From: a virus
Lineage: Duplodnaviria; Caudoviricetes
DNA: 24,522 nucleotides
Reading direction: 5' to 3' (one strand)
Virus record (IMG/VR): IMGVR_UViG_3300048576_000531
Coordinates: 1 to 24,522 of that record
Shown here: positions 16,501 to 24,522 of the stretch, piece after piece
Numbering within the stretch: position 1 is the stretch's first letter
Layout of the letters: each line of letters begins with the position of its first letter
Made by a program: the position numbers and the translations under genes
Notes under the pieces: model-generated
What the model was told of the DNA's origin: nothing
Databases searched by the model: none
Seen by the model: the letters and a program-made list of their open reading frames with translations, nothing else

Positions 16501-16788
16501 CGCCTCATTAACAGTAGCGCTGTTATGGCAAGAAGAATTAATGACTTCGTATTCGATAATGTAATCCCCGCCTATATTAGCGCAAATGACTATAACGGAA
16601 ATAGTCCAATAAGTGGTTCGCATGTCAGCGGAAATGTTGAACTCCTTGGTGAAATACGAACAATGAATAAATATTTGCGAAAACAGACGGAAACTCCCCC
16701 CAAAATCAGACTGGAAGTGGGGAGCGACTTTGCCACGAAAATGTATAGAATGGGAGCGGCCACCATGCGGAAGGAAAGCCTGTCATGA
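13543..16788 (+). CDS. Tail tape measure protein
   Basis: 1081 aa with tape-measure domain (FEVLLGS...KTPYQF...GKLQGQDLLQLINAG), hydrophobic central region, long coiled coil, and C-terminal GPGTETSDSIPAWLSKNESII motif. Confidence 0.95.
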   Translation: MNDEVKLKVSVDGRAGEIALEQIFNKFNRLFEIAGRAKESIETSLSNMGNVVSGLNQGIELAEKIIAVLSKPVSLAIDFEQAQVSFEVLLGSASAAKDKIAELKEDSAKTPYQFADLQQATKVMLNFGITAGQVRPLLMMLGDIAGGDSQKLSSLALVMGQVSSAGKLQGQDLLQLINAGFNPLQEISRTTNKSMGELRREMEAGKISYDMVTGAFKSATGEGGRFHNMMEKQSHTLGGLISTVKDYIDQGLVKLANSGLFDVIKQQIEAISKYYTENEKTIDEFLNIFGTAIGLTAQLIVENVKNIMAVFSSVWEYKDIILGIASAVAILTAAINTDVIALKLMYAWDALVAAGKTVMTVVTNGLTIAQAALNVVMNMSPIGWILTTIGLVVTVLTVVIGRTIGWGKAFEYLKAGLLIAWDYMKGFGNFVIQFATGLTQLLTLPYQVMYRTAVEMFSKIGSMMKKLVTGDFSGLWEDIKSGFVTGFNDTVKSTINSFQSAFNSFDGLGDKAKQRWADAGKEEQKKSETKSNANAQKQDSTNNNKDSGPWKEDKAAIDKLEAEKKQKEAQAKDSIENELELQQKLLDIDRQYDLLKVKYEKEHENERTSARAKINADYDAKQAELNKKKREALQKERKEELDAAWELRSKELQYFEATDLEMLETKKAYLETVRGLYKQGTKEYLAAQREISNIDFDILIENQRQRKTQQTNSREINTNSKRLKLTKSGNEQELEKFDSKVEYDKEIEELQKKYDKDEITSEDYFKGRENAETAHQQRLLEIKTKYYDNWLGRLANLSRAELDAAKQIIDNIGDVFGKIGNIVGQNAKDEADSTKASQKDKIEADREKALSYARTQQQKDKINKEYDAKEKKMEDEADKRARDKAADWFAIQKAASITSAIISTYEGANKTIAQGGFWGIALSIATIAAGLANVAVIAAQPLPKYSKGIIGINGPGTETSDSIPAWLSKNESIINADSTRAASPVLRLINSSAVMARRINDFVFDNVIPAYISANDYNGNSPISGSHVSGNVELLGEIRTMNKYLRKQTETPPKIRLEVGSDFATKMYRMGAATMRKESLS

Positions 16789-19700
16789 TTATTAGAACGC
16801 TTATCCGCGAATATGACTATCCTGAGAATGTAGTTAATATAACTACTGGCAGCAATATTCTTCAAGGCACAGGAACTAAGTTTTCTTTATTGAAAATTGG
16901 GAGCTTGGTCGAAATAGACAGTTATGGATTTGCGGGAAGAGTAATTTCAATTGAATCTGATAATCAACTTACTCTTGACAGAGCTCTGGATTCGACGCTT
17001 GAAAATAAAAACTGGTGGATTGATATTACAGGCTATCTTCTCCAAATATCCGGACGCTCAAGGAAAGTTGAATCTGATAATGCCGGAGAAGCCGGAGCAA
17101 TTACATTCGATAACCTCGAATTGCAATATTACTTTGGTGAAGGCCTGACTCATGACAATACTTTCATTGAAAACCCTGTTCCGTCTTTTTTTAATAATAT
17201 CAGCTCTTCAAAGAGGTTGTTGATAAAATTAAAGGTTGCCACTTGGGATTTTAACCCCGAAGGGGTTTTTGTGGTAACTAATAATTACGAACAGCTGGTT
17301 AACGAAGCTGCATTGTCTTTGCTTGTTAATTACAAAACAAATCAGGTACGTCAGATATATGAGGGCGTGATTGACTTTTCAGCTATTACGTATCCTTCTT
17401 ATCCGGATGGTGAAAGCGAGTTTTATAACTCTGTCAAATTTAGAGTTTTTGATAAATTAAGTGCAATATCGCTTTTGTCGAATATTCTTCCCAGACAACA
17501 TGATCTTTTATCCCCCCTCTTAACTGGAGCCACAATTGATAGGATAGAATTCCTAAAACATTGGGATAATACTTCATTTAGTTTTAAATATCTCAAAGCA
17601 GGTACTTCAAGTAGTTATTCACCCCAAATTACTGATGATAATAATACTCCAAATCTTGGTGATATTCTGCAAATGAATATGTTGCATACACAAGAGGAAG
17701 ATTCAGACAAATTTGCCCTTCTTACATTTAAGTATTTAAAAGTAGTGTCTCTTATAGATCCAACACTTAATAGAGTATATTATGATTGCATTACTAATGA
17801 ATTAGATTATTTCCAAGGGACAACAAGTCAGAATAAAAGCGGAAATCCAAGCCCTCTGATACGGAATGCAGCATTAAAATGGTACAATAATTTATTTTAT
17901 AATGAAGATATTTACATAAAACAATGGAACAATAATAAAAGCTTAAGAGGGCCTTCCGGGCCCTATGAAACGGGTTTTATTAATGTGGCCGGTTATGAAA
18001 TTGTAGCATTAGATGGAATAAAAATTCTAAAAGCTATCATTAAACAAGTGTGGAATGATGTAAAAGTTGTCAATAAGCTATATGACAAGAATGGGGAATT
18101 AATTACGGAATTCAGACTACCTTTAAACTATATTTTCCAACTTCTGGATGAAAAACTATTTGGTAAAGAAATCCTTGATGCTTTAATATTTTTATCAAAT
18201 AGCATGAATTGCTACCTATATTTCAATCAAGAGAGTGAACTCGTTCTTCAAAACGTACAATCATTGGATGACAGTAACCCAAGTCTTGATAAAGCAATTC
18301 CTGTAGAGCTATTATCAAAAATGGAAAAAGAAGAATTTTGGGACAAGCTAATAGATGCCGCAGAAGTAAAGGTCAATAGTTGGATTAAAGAAAGTGAGGA
18401 TGGGCAAGATTATCTCACGGGAGAAGGATACGCTTACAAGAGGCAAGGTATTAAACCGCGTAACCAACAAACGTCAGAAGTATTTATAGATGTAAATTCA
18501 CTATTAGACTTGGGAATAACGGTCAATGAAGATGGATCACTTAACGATCCAACGGTTGAAAATAACGACCAATCTGCCATCTTAAATCGTATAGCTGATT
18601 ATAAGGCGGCAACCAGAATAGATTTTTACGGCAAGCGACATATAAGTTATAATCTTACTTTTTGCAAAATGACCTCGCAAATGTTAGACTGGGATATGTT
18701 GACAACATTTACTTTTATCAAGCAAAAATGCTTCGAAGGAGATAAAAATAACGGCAGATATTTTATCCAGAAATTAGACTTTAACGACGCGGCCAATACT
18801 GTTGACATTAAACTTGTTTCAATAAGCAGAATTGATTATGACGAAAGCCAGGTATTAATAGGAACCAAGCCGGATAACACACAAAAAGTTATAATAAAAA
18901 GCAGTAATGATTCAAGTTATATTCCAAGCAAAACTATCTATGCTAATTACCAGATTAAGAAAACCGACGGGATTATATATTGTAATGCGTCAGGCAATGA
19001 TATTTCTATTGAATTACCAAATGTAAGTAATAAAAACGCGGAATATTTGCTTAAACGAATTGATAGGTCGTTTAATAAAATAGTAATAAACGGCGCCCTG
19101 GGAAGTTATTCAAATCCCGAATTGGCGTATGCCGGCCATGAGATACGTTTCAAAAGTAATGGTTATCATTGGGTGGTACTCAATGATGTTAATGAAGTAA
19201 GATTAACGACAAAGCTCATTACTGAGGACTATACGGTAAAATTAACAGATAAAATGCTACTATGCGATGCGTCGACACAAGATATTACTATTTCATTTCC
19301 TGAGCTTGAAGGAAGCAAAGATTATGAAGTATTGATTCGTAAAGTCGATAACTCCGAGCATAAGGTAATTTTACAGGCGACCATTGATAATTTAAATAAC
19401 CCTGAAATGTATTATTGTAATGAGGAAAAGCGGGTAAAATCAAATGGAGCACTTTGGCAAACTATTAATAATATTGACTTACACAGGTCATCAAGAGTAG
19501 ACATTTCTTCTGATTATACATTAAAGCTTGGAGATAAAGCAATATATGTGGATGCTACTTCAGGCAATATCAATCTCTTTTTACCAACCCCGGCACTTGC
19601 CAAAAATTATGAATTCTACATTACGAAAACAGATTCTTCAGATAATGAAGTCATCATCAATGAGATGCTAAACGGGGTGTCGTTTCCAACATTGTCCTGT

Positions 19701-22592
19701 CGCAATCAAGACTTTATAATTCGCTCAGATGGCGCGCAGTGGTGCTTCGTTAATGGCTATTCAACATTTACAATAATAACTGAATCGCCTCTTGATAATC
19801 GTACGCCGGCATACATCCATGAACGCATATATGATAAAACGCGAAAAGTATGGTGGCAGGCTAAAGGCTCTGGGAAAAGTGATTGGGCGCGTATTACCAA
19901 TAGTGAAAAAAAATATACCGAGGGGAATAATCCAAACGGGCGTGTTACCCCGGATTATATCGGCCAACCATGCAATGTTTTATTTAATAATAAAAGCGAA
20001 GTATGGTATAGTAAAAGTTTACTTGATAATTCATGGCATAAATACATCGGGTATGAAGGTAATGATGTAGTAATAGAGCCTCTCGCTGCAGATGGTAAAG
20101 TGATAATCAGAAAACCGGGTGGCGACCCAACAAAAGTTTTGCAAATATCCTTTGAGGGCGACCTATATAAAATAGTCAGCGACGGTCTGAAAGTTAAGAA
20201 CTTGAAAGACGAAGAGGGCAATATAATAGCTGCAATTGAACTTGCAGATTATGAAGACAGACAACCCGGAGATATGTTTTATCTGGGAGAATCTGGTAAA
20301 TATAAAAGACTTGCGGCTCAGGATGGGTATTTAAAACATACCGGCGGGCAGTATGTATTTTCGGAAGGGACTGGGGATACTGGCGATGTATACTGGACGG
20401 ATGTCAAAGACAGGCCAGATAAATTAAGTGAATTTACGAATGATACTAATTACATTTCATCAGAATTTCTTATCGCGAATAGTTACATAAGACAAGGGAG
20501 CACGCCAGAGACGAGTTATTTGACTGAGGCGTTGGCCAATTCTACGTATGCCCCCGCCGCTTCACTTAACGGATTAGCTTCAGAAGAGTGGGTAAATGCT
20601 CAAGGATATTTAAAAAATGCGGATTTTTCAAATTATGCCTTAAAATCTGATGTCAGTTCGTTGCAACAATGGGCCAATAGCAATTTTGCCGCTCTCGATT
20701 CAATTCAAACGCTCGCAAGTGAGGAATGGGTTAATGCTCAGTATTATATTAAACAAGGGACAACACCTGAAACCCATTACTTGACAGAGAAACAAACATC
20801 TGACGCTTTTGTTAAAGTGGCGGATATAGCAGGTTATCCAAAAACCGAATGGGTTCTTTCACAAGGTTTTCTTAAACAAGGAACAACGCCGGAAACGCAA
20901 TATCCAACAGTTCAATATGTCAATAATACTTTTGTGACGCCTGATTTATTGACTGGCCTGGCAACAGAATATTGGGTCAACCAGCAAGGTTATATCAAAC
21001 AAGGCAACACTCCGGAAACGACCTACGTCACAGCTTCTTATGTAAACGCAAATTTCGTAACGCCTGATTTATTGACCGGGCTGGCAACAGAATATTGGGT
21101 CAACCAGCAAGGTTTTATTAAACAAGGTAGCACTCCAGAGACTACTTACGTAACGGCTTGGTACGTAAATTATCATTTTGTTACGCCTGACCTACTGGAA
21201 GGAGTGGCTTATCAGAGTTGGGTTAATTCCCAGAATTTCCTTAAACAAGGTTCAACCCCTGAAGCACAATATCCGACTGTTCAATATGTCAATAATACTT
21301 TTGTCACCCCGGATTTATTAAATGGGGTTGCCTATCAGAGTTGGGTCAATTCTCAGAATTTCCTTAAACAAGGTTCGACCCCCGAAACACAATATCCAAC
21401 CGTTCAATATGTCAACAATACTTTTGTGACGCCTGATTTATTGACTGGCCTGGCAACAGAATATTGGGTCAGCCAACAAGGTTTTATCAAGCAAGGCAAC
21501 ACTCCGGAAACGACCTACGTCACAGCTTCTTATGTAAACGCAAATTTCGTAACGCCTGATTTATTGACTGGGCTGGCAACAGAATATTGGGTTAACCAGC
21601 AAGGTTTTATCAAGCAAGGCAATACTCCGGAAACGACCTACGTCACAGCTTCTTATGTAAACACAAATTTCGTAACGCCTGATTTATTGACAGGGCTGGC
21701 AACAGAATATTGGGTTAGCCAACAATGTTTTCTTAAACAAGGAATCACCCCCGAAACACAATATCCAACCGTTCATTATGTCAACAATACTTTTGTAACG
21801 CCGGATTTATTAAATGGGGTTGCTTATCAGAGTTGGGTCAATTCTCAAAATTTTATAAAACAGGGAACGACTCCGGAAACAACTTTCGTTACAGCTCAAT
21901 ATGTAAATAGTAATTTCGTTACACCGGATTTATTAAATGGGGTTGCCTATCAGAGTTGGGTCAATTCTCAGAATTTCCTTAAACAAGGTTCAACCCCTGA
22001 AGCACAATATCCGACCGTTCAATATGTCAATAATACTTTTGTCACCCCGGATTTATTAAGCGGAGTGGCTTATCAAAACTGGGTTAATTCTCAGAATTTC
22101 CTTAAACAAGGTTCAACCCCTGAAACACAATATCCGACCGTTCAATATGTCAACAATACTTTTGTCACCCCGGATTTGCTTGAAGGAGTTGCATACCAAA
22201 ATTGGGTCAACCAACAAAGTTTTCTTAAACAAGGAATCACCCCCGAAACACAATATCCAACAGTTCAATATGTCAACAATACTTTTGTCACCCCGGATTT
22301 GCTTGAAGGAGTTGCATACCAAAATTGGGTCAACCAACAAGGTTTTCTTAAACAAGGAATCACCCCCGAAACGCAATATCCAACAGTCCAATATGTCAAT
22401 AATACTTTTGTAACGCCGGATTTATTAAGCGGAGTAGCTTATCAAAACTGGGTGATTAGCAACTATTCCAATAAAACTCATCAGCATTCTGATTTTTCAG
22501 GCACAATTTCATTCTATTCCACAGATGGCGCTCTTATAGACTTAAACATCGAAAATGGAATAACCTCATTCTTAATAACACAAAAAATTTAA
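16785..22592 (+). CDS. Giant tail tip/fibre protein (hub-like N-terminus, three beta-domain repeats, 41-aa tandem repeats)
   Basis: 1935 aa with ATGA overlap with tape measure. Three DASxxxIxIxLP...KxDxSxNxVxI...SxGxxW domains, two TPxYI..W motifs, 13 FVTPDLL repeats and a terminal HQH motif. Confidence 0.8.
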   Translation: MIIRTLIREYDYPENVVNITTGSNILQGTGTKFSLLKIGSLVEIDSYGFAGRVISIESDNQLTLDRALDSTLENKNWWIDITGYLLQISGRSRKVESDNAGEAGAITFDNLELQYYFGEGLTHDNTFIENPVPSFFNNISSSKRLLIKLKVATWDFNPEGVFVVTNNYEQLVNEAALSLLVNYKTNQVRQIYEGVIDFSAITYPSYPDGESEFYNSVKFRVFDKLSAISLLSNILPRQHDLLSPLLTGATIDRIEFLKHWDNTSFSFKYLKAGTSSSYSPQITDDNNTPNLGDILQMNMLHTQEEDSDKFALLTFKYLKVVSLIDPTLNRVYYDCITNELDYFQGTTSQNKSGNPSPLIRNAALKWYNNLFYNEDIYIKQWNNNKSLRGPSGPYETGFINVAGYEIVALDGIKILKAIIKQVWNDVKVVNKLYDKNGELITEFRLPLNYIFQLLDEKLFGKEILDALIFLSNSMNCYLYFNQESELVLQNVQSLDDSNPSLDKAIPVELLSKMEKEEFWDKLIDAAEVKVNSWIKESEDGQDYLTGEGYAYKRQGIKPRNQQTSEVFIDVNSLLDLGITVNEDGSLNDPTVENNDQSAILNRIADYKAATRIDFYGKRHISYNLTFCKMTSQMLDWDMLTTFTFIKQKCFEGDKNNGRYFIQKLDFNDAANTVDIKLVSISRIDYDESQVLIGTKPDNTQKVIIKSSNDSSYIPSKTIYANYQIKKTDGIIYCNASGNDISIELPNVSNKNAEYLLKRIDRSFNKIVINGALGSYSNPELAYAGHEIRFKSNGYHWVVLNDVNEVRLTTKLITEDYTVKLTDKMLLCDASTQDITISFPELEGSKDYEVLIRKVDNSEHKVILQATIDNLNNPEMYYCNEEKRVKSNGALWQTINNIDLHRSSRVDISSDYTLKLGDKAIYVDATSGNINLFLPTPALAKNYEFYITKTDSSDNEVIINEMLNGVSFPTLSCRNQDFIIRSDGAQWCFVNGYSTFTIITESPLDNRTPAYIHERIYDKTRKVWWQAKGSGKSDWARITNSEKKYTEGNNPNGRVTPDYIGQPCNVLFNNKSEVWYSKSLLDNSWHKYIGYEGNDVVIEPLAADGKVIIRKPGGDPTKVLQISFEGDLYKIVSDGLKVKNLKDEEGNIIAAIELADYEDRQPGDMFYLGESGKYKRLAAQDGYLKHTGGQYVFSEGTGDTGDVYWTDVKDRPDKLSEFTNDTNYISSEFLIANSYIRQGSTPETSYLTEALANSTYAPAASLNGLASEEWVNAQGYLKNADFSNYALKSDVSSLQQWANSNFAALDSIQTLASEEWVNAQYYIKQGTTPETHYLTEKQTSDAFVKVADIAGYPKTEWVLSQGFLKQGTTPETQYPTVQYVNNTFVTPDLLTGLATEYWVNQQGYIKQGNTPETTYVTASYVNANFVTPDLLTGLATEYWVNQQGFIKQGSTPETTYVTAWYVNYHFVTPDLLEGVAYQSWVNSQNFLKQGSTPEAQYPTVQYVNNTFVTPDLLNGVAYQSWVNSQNFLKQGSTPETQYPTVQYVNNTFVTPDLLTGLATEYWVSQQGFIKQGNTPETTYVTASYVNANFVTPDLLTGLATEYWVNQQGFIKQGNTPETTYVTASYVNTNFVTPDLLTGLATEYWVSQQCFLKQGITPETQYPTVHYVNNTFVTPDLLNGVAYQSWVNSQNFIKQGTTPETTFVTAQYVNSNFVTPDLLNGVAYQSWVNSQNFLKQGSTPEAQYPTVQYVNNTFVTPDLLSGVAYQNWVNSQNFLKQGSTPETQYPTVQYVNNTFVTPDLLEGVAYQNWVNQQSFLKQGITPETQYPTVQYVNNTFVTPDLLEGVAYQNWVNQQGFLKQGITPETQYPTVQYVNNTFVTPDLLSGVAYQNWVISNYSNKTHQHSDFSGTISFYSTDGALIDLNIENGITSFLITQKI
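18930..19750 (+). repeat. Three diverged ~95-aa domain repeats in the tail protein
   Basis: NYQIKKTDGIIYCNASGNDISIELP / DYTVKLTDKMLLCDASTQDITISFP / DYTLKLGDKAIYVDATSGNINLFLP, ending respectively SNGYHW / SNGALW / SDGAQW. Confidence 0.85.
20838..22455 (+). repeat. Coding tandem repeat, 13 x 123 bp (41 aa)
   Basis: FVTPDLL codons recur from 20931 to 22407 (12 intervals of 123 bp). More degenerate copies lie upstream from ~20480. Confidence 0.95.
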
Positions 22593-22605
22593 CGCAGGAG
22601 ATAAA

Positions 22606-22842
22606 ATGGAACCCAAGAAAGATGAAATAAAATTAAATAAAGAAGATGCCCTTTCACTCTATAATTTAGAATTGCAGTGCAAACTCGTTAAGGCTGAGAT
22701 CCGAGAAAAAGAAGTATTTTTAAGAGAGATGCAAATCAGGTTTCAAAGCGAGCTCGACACCCATTTGCAAGGCAATCAATTACTGGGAATAGATTTTGCG
22801 AATGGGATAATCAAATATTCCAAAGAAAAAAAACAAAAATAA
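22606..22842 (+). CDS. Small coiled-coil protein, possible tail fibre chaperone
   Basis: AGGAG SD, 78 aa helical, directly after the giant fibre gene. Function inferred from position only. Confidence 0.6.
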   Translation: MEPKKDEIKLNKEDALSLYNLELQCKLVKAEIREKEVFLREMQIRFQSELDTHLQGNQLLGIDFANGIIKYSKEKKQK

Positions 22843-22851
22843 AAGAATAAT

Positions 22852-23298
22852 ATGCTAACGATTAGGATAAAAGATTTGCCCGGAACGAACACATTTGGGA
22901 GCGAATATATAGCAATTGATTCCGCCGCAGATGGGACGAAAAAAATAACTAAAGATACGCTCTTTAACAGCTTTCCGGAAGCATCTTCAACAAGTAAAGG
23001 ATTATTAAGCTCCAGCGATAAGGGAAAACTTGATAATTTATCACAAAATACTCCCCTTGACCTAAGTATTTTTGTTTATGGCGAAACGGAACTAAATGGT
23101 TTACAAGACGGGGTCAATAAGGTTTTTTATATTGAATTCAAGATTTTCCCCGAGAAGGAAGTAATTTACTTGGGGCCTGGCAGGTTGGTCAGGAGTATCG
23201 ATTACTCTGTGGAGTATCAAGACGTACGAACAAAGATAACATTCACTGTTCCCCCATTAGCCAATGACATCATTCATTATGACGCAATAAAGGGTTAA
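22852..23298 (+). CDS. Tail fibre/adaptor-like protein
   Basis: N-terminal IRIKDLP...DGTKKIT motif, ASSTSKGLLSSSDKGKLD fibre motif, and C-terminal DGVNKVF...DYSV...ITFTVPP..D.I beta-sandwich pattern seen in phage tail proteins. Confidence 0.6.
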   Translation: MLTIRIKDLPGTNTFGSEYIAIDSAADGTKKITKDTLFNSFPEASSTSKGLLSSSDKGKLDNLSQNTPLDLSIFVYGETELNGLQDGVNKVFYIEFKIFPEKEVIYLGPGRLVRSIDYSVEYQDVRTKITFTVPPLANDIIHYDAIKG

Positions 23299-23301
23299 GA
23301 T

Positions 23302-24522
23302 ATGAAAAAAATATTTTTAATTGGTCTTTTGTTATTAATCAATATAACAGGATGCGCGCAACGTGATAATCTCCTTCGGCAGGATTTTGTCAGGGGATTG
23401 CCGGATTCGCTTCGCAAGAAAGCGGATATATCCTGGGTGCAAGCCCAGCAATATTTAAAAAATGGTTATACTCCTGCAACCACTTATGTAACTGCCGATT
23501 ACGTAAACAATACTTTTGTAACGCCGGATTTATTAAGCGGAGTGGCTTATCAGAGTTGGGTAAACCAACAAGGATTCCTGAAGCAGGGAATTACACCGGC
23601 CACACAGTATCCTACCGTTGATTATGTGAATAACAATTTTGTAACGCCGGATTTGCTACAGGGTTATGTCACAGAAAATATCCTTGCCAATAGGAACTAT
23701 ACAACAATTGCCGCCGTGATGAGCTATTTAAACTATGATGAATTGATTCGTCAATACGCTATTTCGATAACGGGTAACGCTTCTGCTACAGAGGATTGGG
23801 TAGCTGAAAATTTTGCGACAAAATCACAGCTTGATTCTATTCAATCAGGAGGCGGGAATTATTCAATAGATACTAACAAAATTGCTACTCATTATTATGT
23901 CGACACCGCAAGGATTAACATTTGGAATAAGTTTTCACAAAAATCGGATGTGGGGCATGAACATCCTGGTTACTTTCAGTCTCAGGATACGACGAGTCTC
24001 TTTTACCTTAAATTTTATGCAAAAGACACTGCCATTTCCAACAGAGCCTACTTGTCACATGGGCATTCAAACTATCTTCAATATTCAGACACTGCGAATT
24101 TATTCTATACTAAATTTAATCAACGTGACACTGCGATTGCAAATCGCGCTTATGTAAATCATACTCATTCAAAAACAGTAAGAATACCACAGACATATAC
24201 AATTTCCGGCGAGATTAAAGTACCTTCTGGGGATACCGATTTCATCAATCCGTTTTTCATTGCTCTGCCATCCGGACAGACAGCGCGACTTGTATCTTGC
24301 AGATATGTAATTAATTCAGGAACAAGCGCTTCTGTTAAATTGCAAAAAAACGGTACAGATATAACAGGTTTCACTTCAATCAGCGTTTCAACAACAGCGG
24401 CCAGTACTACGCCTACTTCAGTACCTTTAACCGATAATGATAAATTAGCACTTGTTGTAACCGCTGTAAGCGGAACACCCAGAAATCTCTCTTTTACCAT
24501 TTTCATTGAATATACTTTTTAG
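23302..24522 (+). CDS. Tail-fibre-like protein with lipoprotein signal peptide
   Basis: MKKIFLIGLLLLINITGC (lipobox, Cys18), two copies of the 41-aa repeat, 34-aa-spaced HxH motifs (HEH, HGH, HTH) and a C-terminal beta-rich domain. Confidence 0.7.
   Translation: MKKIFLIGLLLLINITGCAQRDNLLRQDFVRGLPDSLRKKADISWVQAQQYLKNGYTPATTYVTADYVNNTFVTPDLLSGVAYQSWVNQQGFLKQGITPATQYPTVDYVNNNFVTPDLLQGYVTENILANRNYTTIAAVMSYLNYDELIRQYAISITGNASATEDWVAENFATKSQLDSIQSGGGNYSIDTNKIATHYYVDTARINIWNKFSQKSDVGHEHPGYFQSQDTTSLFYLKFYAKDTAISNRAYLSHGHSNYLQYSDTANLFYTKFNQRDTAIANRAYVNHTHSKTVRIPQTYTISGEIKVPSGDTDFINPFFIALPSGQTARLVSCRYVINSGTSASVKLQKNGTDITGFTSISVSTTAASTTPTSVPLTDNDKLALVVTAVSGTPRNLSFTIFIEYTF

Larger units (their letters stand above)
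1..24522. mobile_element. Mu-like (transposable-type head) prophage/phage, structural and lysis region with non-contractile tail
   Basis: Contiguous terminase, portal, MuF, gpG, protease, capsid, gp36/gp37, lysis, tail tube, chaperone, tape measure and fibre genes. No sheath gene is present. No transposase or ends lie in the window, so a transposable lifestyle is inferred only from the gene families. Confidence 0.9.

Noticed and set aside
12346-16865. Antisense ORFs over the tail tube, chaperone and tape measure genes
   Set aside because: They are fully nested opposite well-supported genes and have no independent motifs.
22113-22413. Repetitive alternative-frame ORFs (92 aa minus strand, 88 aa plus strand)
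   Set aside because: They are shadows of the 123-bp coding repeat.
20838-22455. CRISPR array or diversity-generating retroelement TR/VR pair
   Set aside because: The repeats are contiguous, in-frame and lack unique spacers. Differences are not adenine-specific by eye, and there is no cas or reverse transcriptase gene in the window.

Overview
This window is the morphogenesis and lysis region of a tailed, probably temperate phage or prophage with a Mu-type (transposable-phage) head, from a diderm host. A leftward arm (5777->1) encodes a holin-like peptide, a coiled-coil protein, small and large terminase, a Mu gp29-type portal, a MuF head protein with a C-terminal nuclease-like extension, and a gpG-type morphogenesis protein. 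A rightward arm (5956->24522) encodes protease/scaffold, cement and major capsid proteins, gp36/gp37-like neck proteins, a lysis cassette (GH108 endolysin, holin, an interposed DNA methyltransferase, candidate u-spanin), tail tube, a -1 frameshifted tail chaperone, tape measure, a 1935-aa tail tip/fibre protein with 13 x 123-bp repeats, and a lipoprotein-signal-bearing fibre paralogue. No sheath, transposase, integrase or phage end is in the window. The best candidate for an undescribed system is at 547-705. Where a MuF polymorphic toxin would normally have a protein immunity gene, there is a near-consensus opposite-strand sigma70 promoter and a ~120-nt cloverleaf (tRNA-topology) RNA overlapping the toxin stop codon, a candidate RNA antitoxin or tRNA decoy. 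All family assignments come from motif recognition by eye and synteny; no database search was run.
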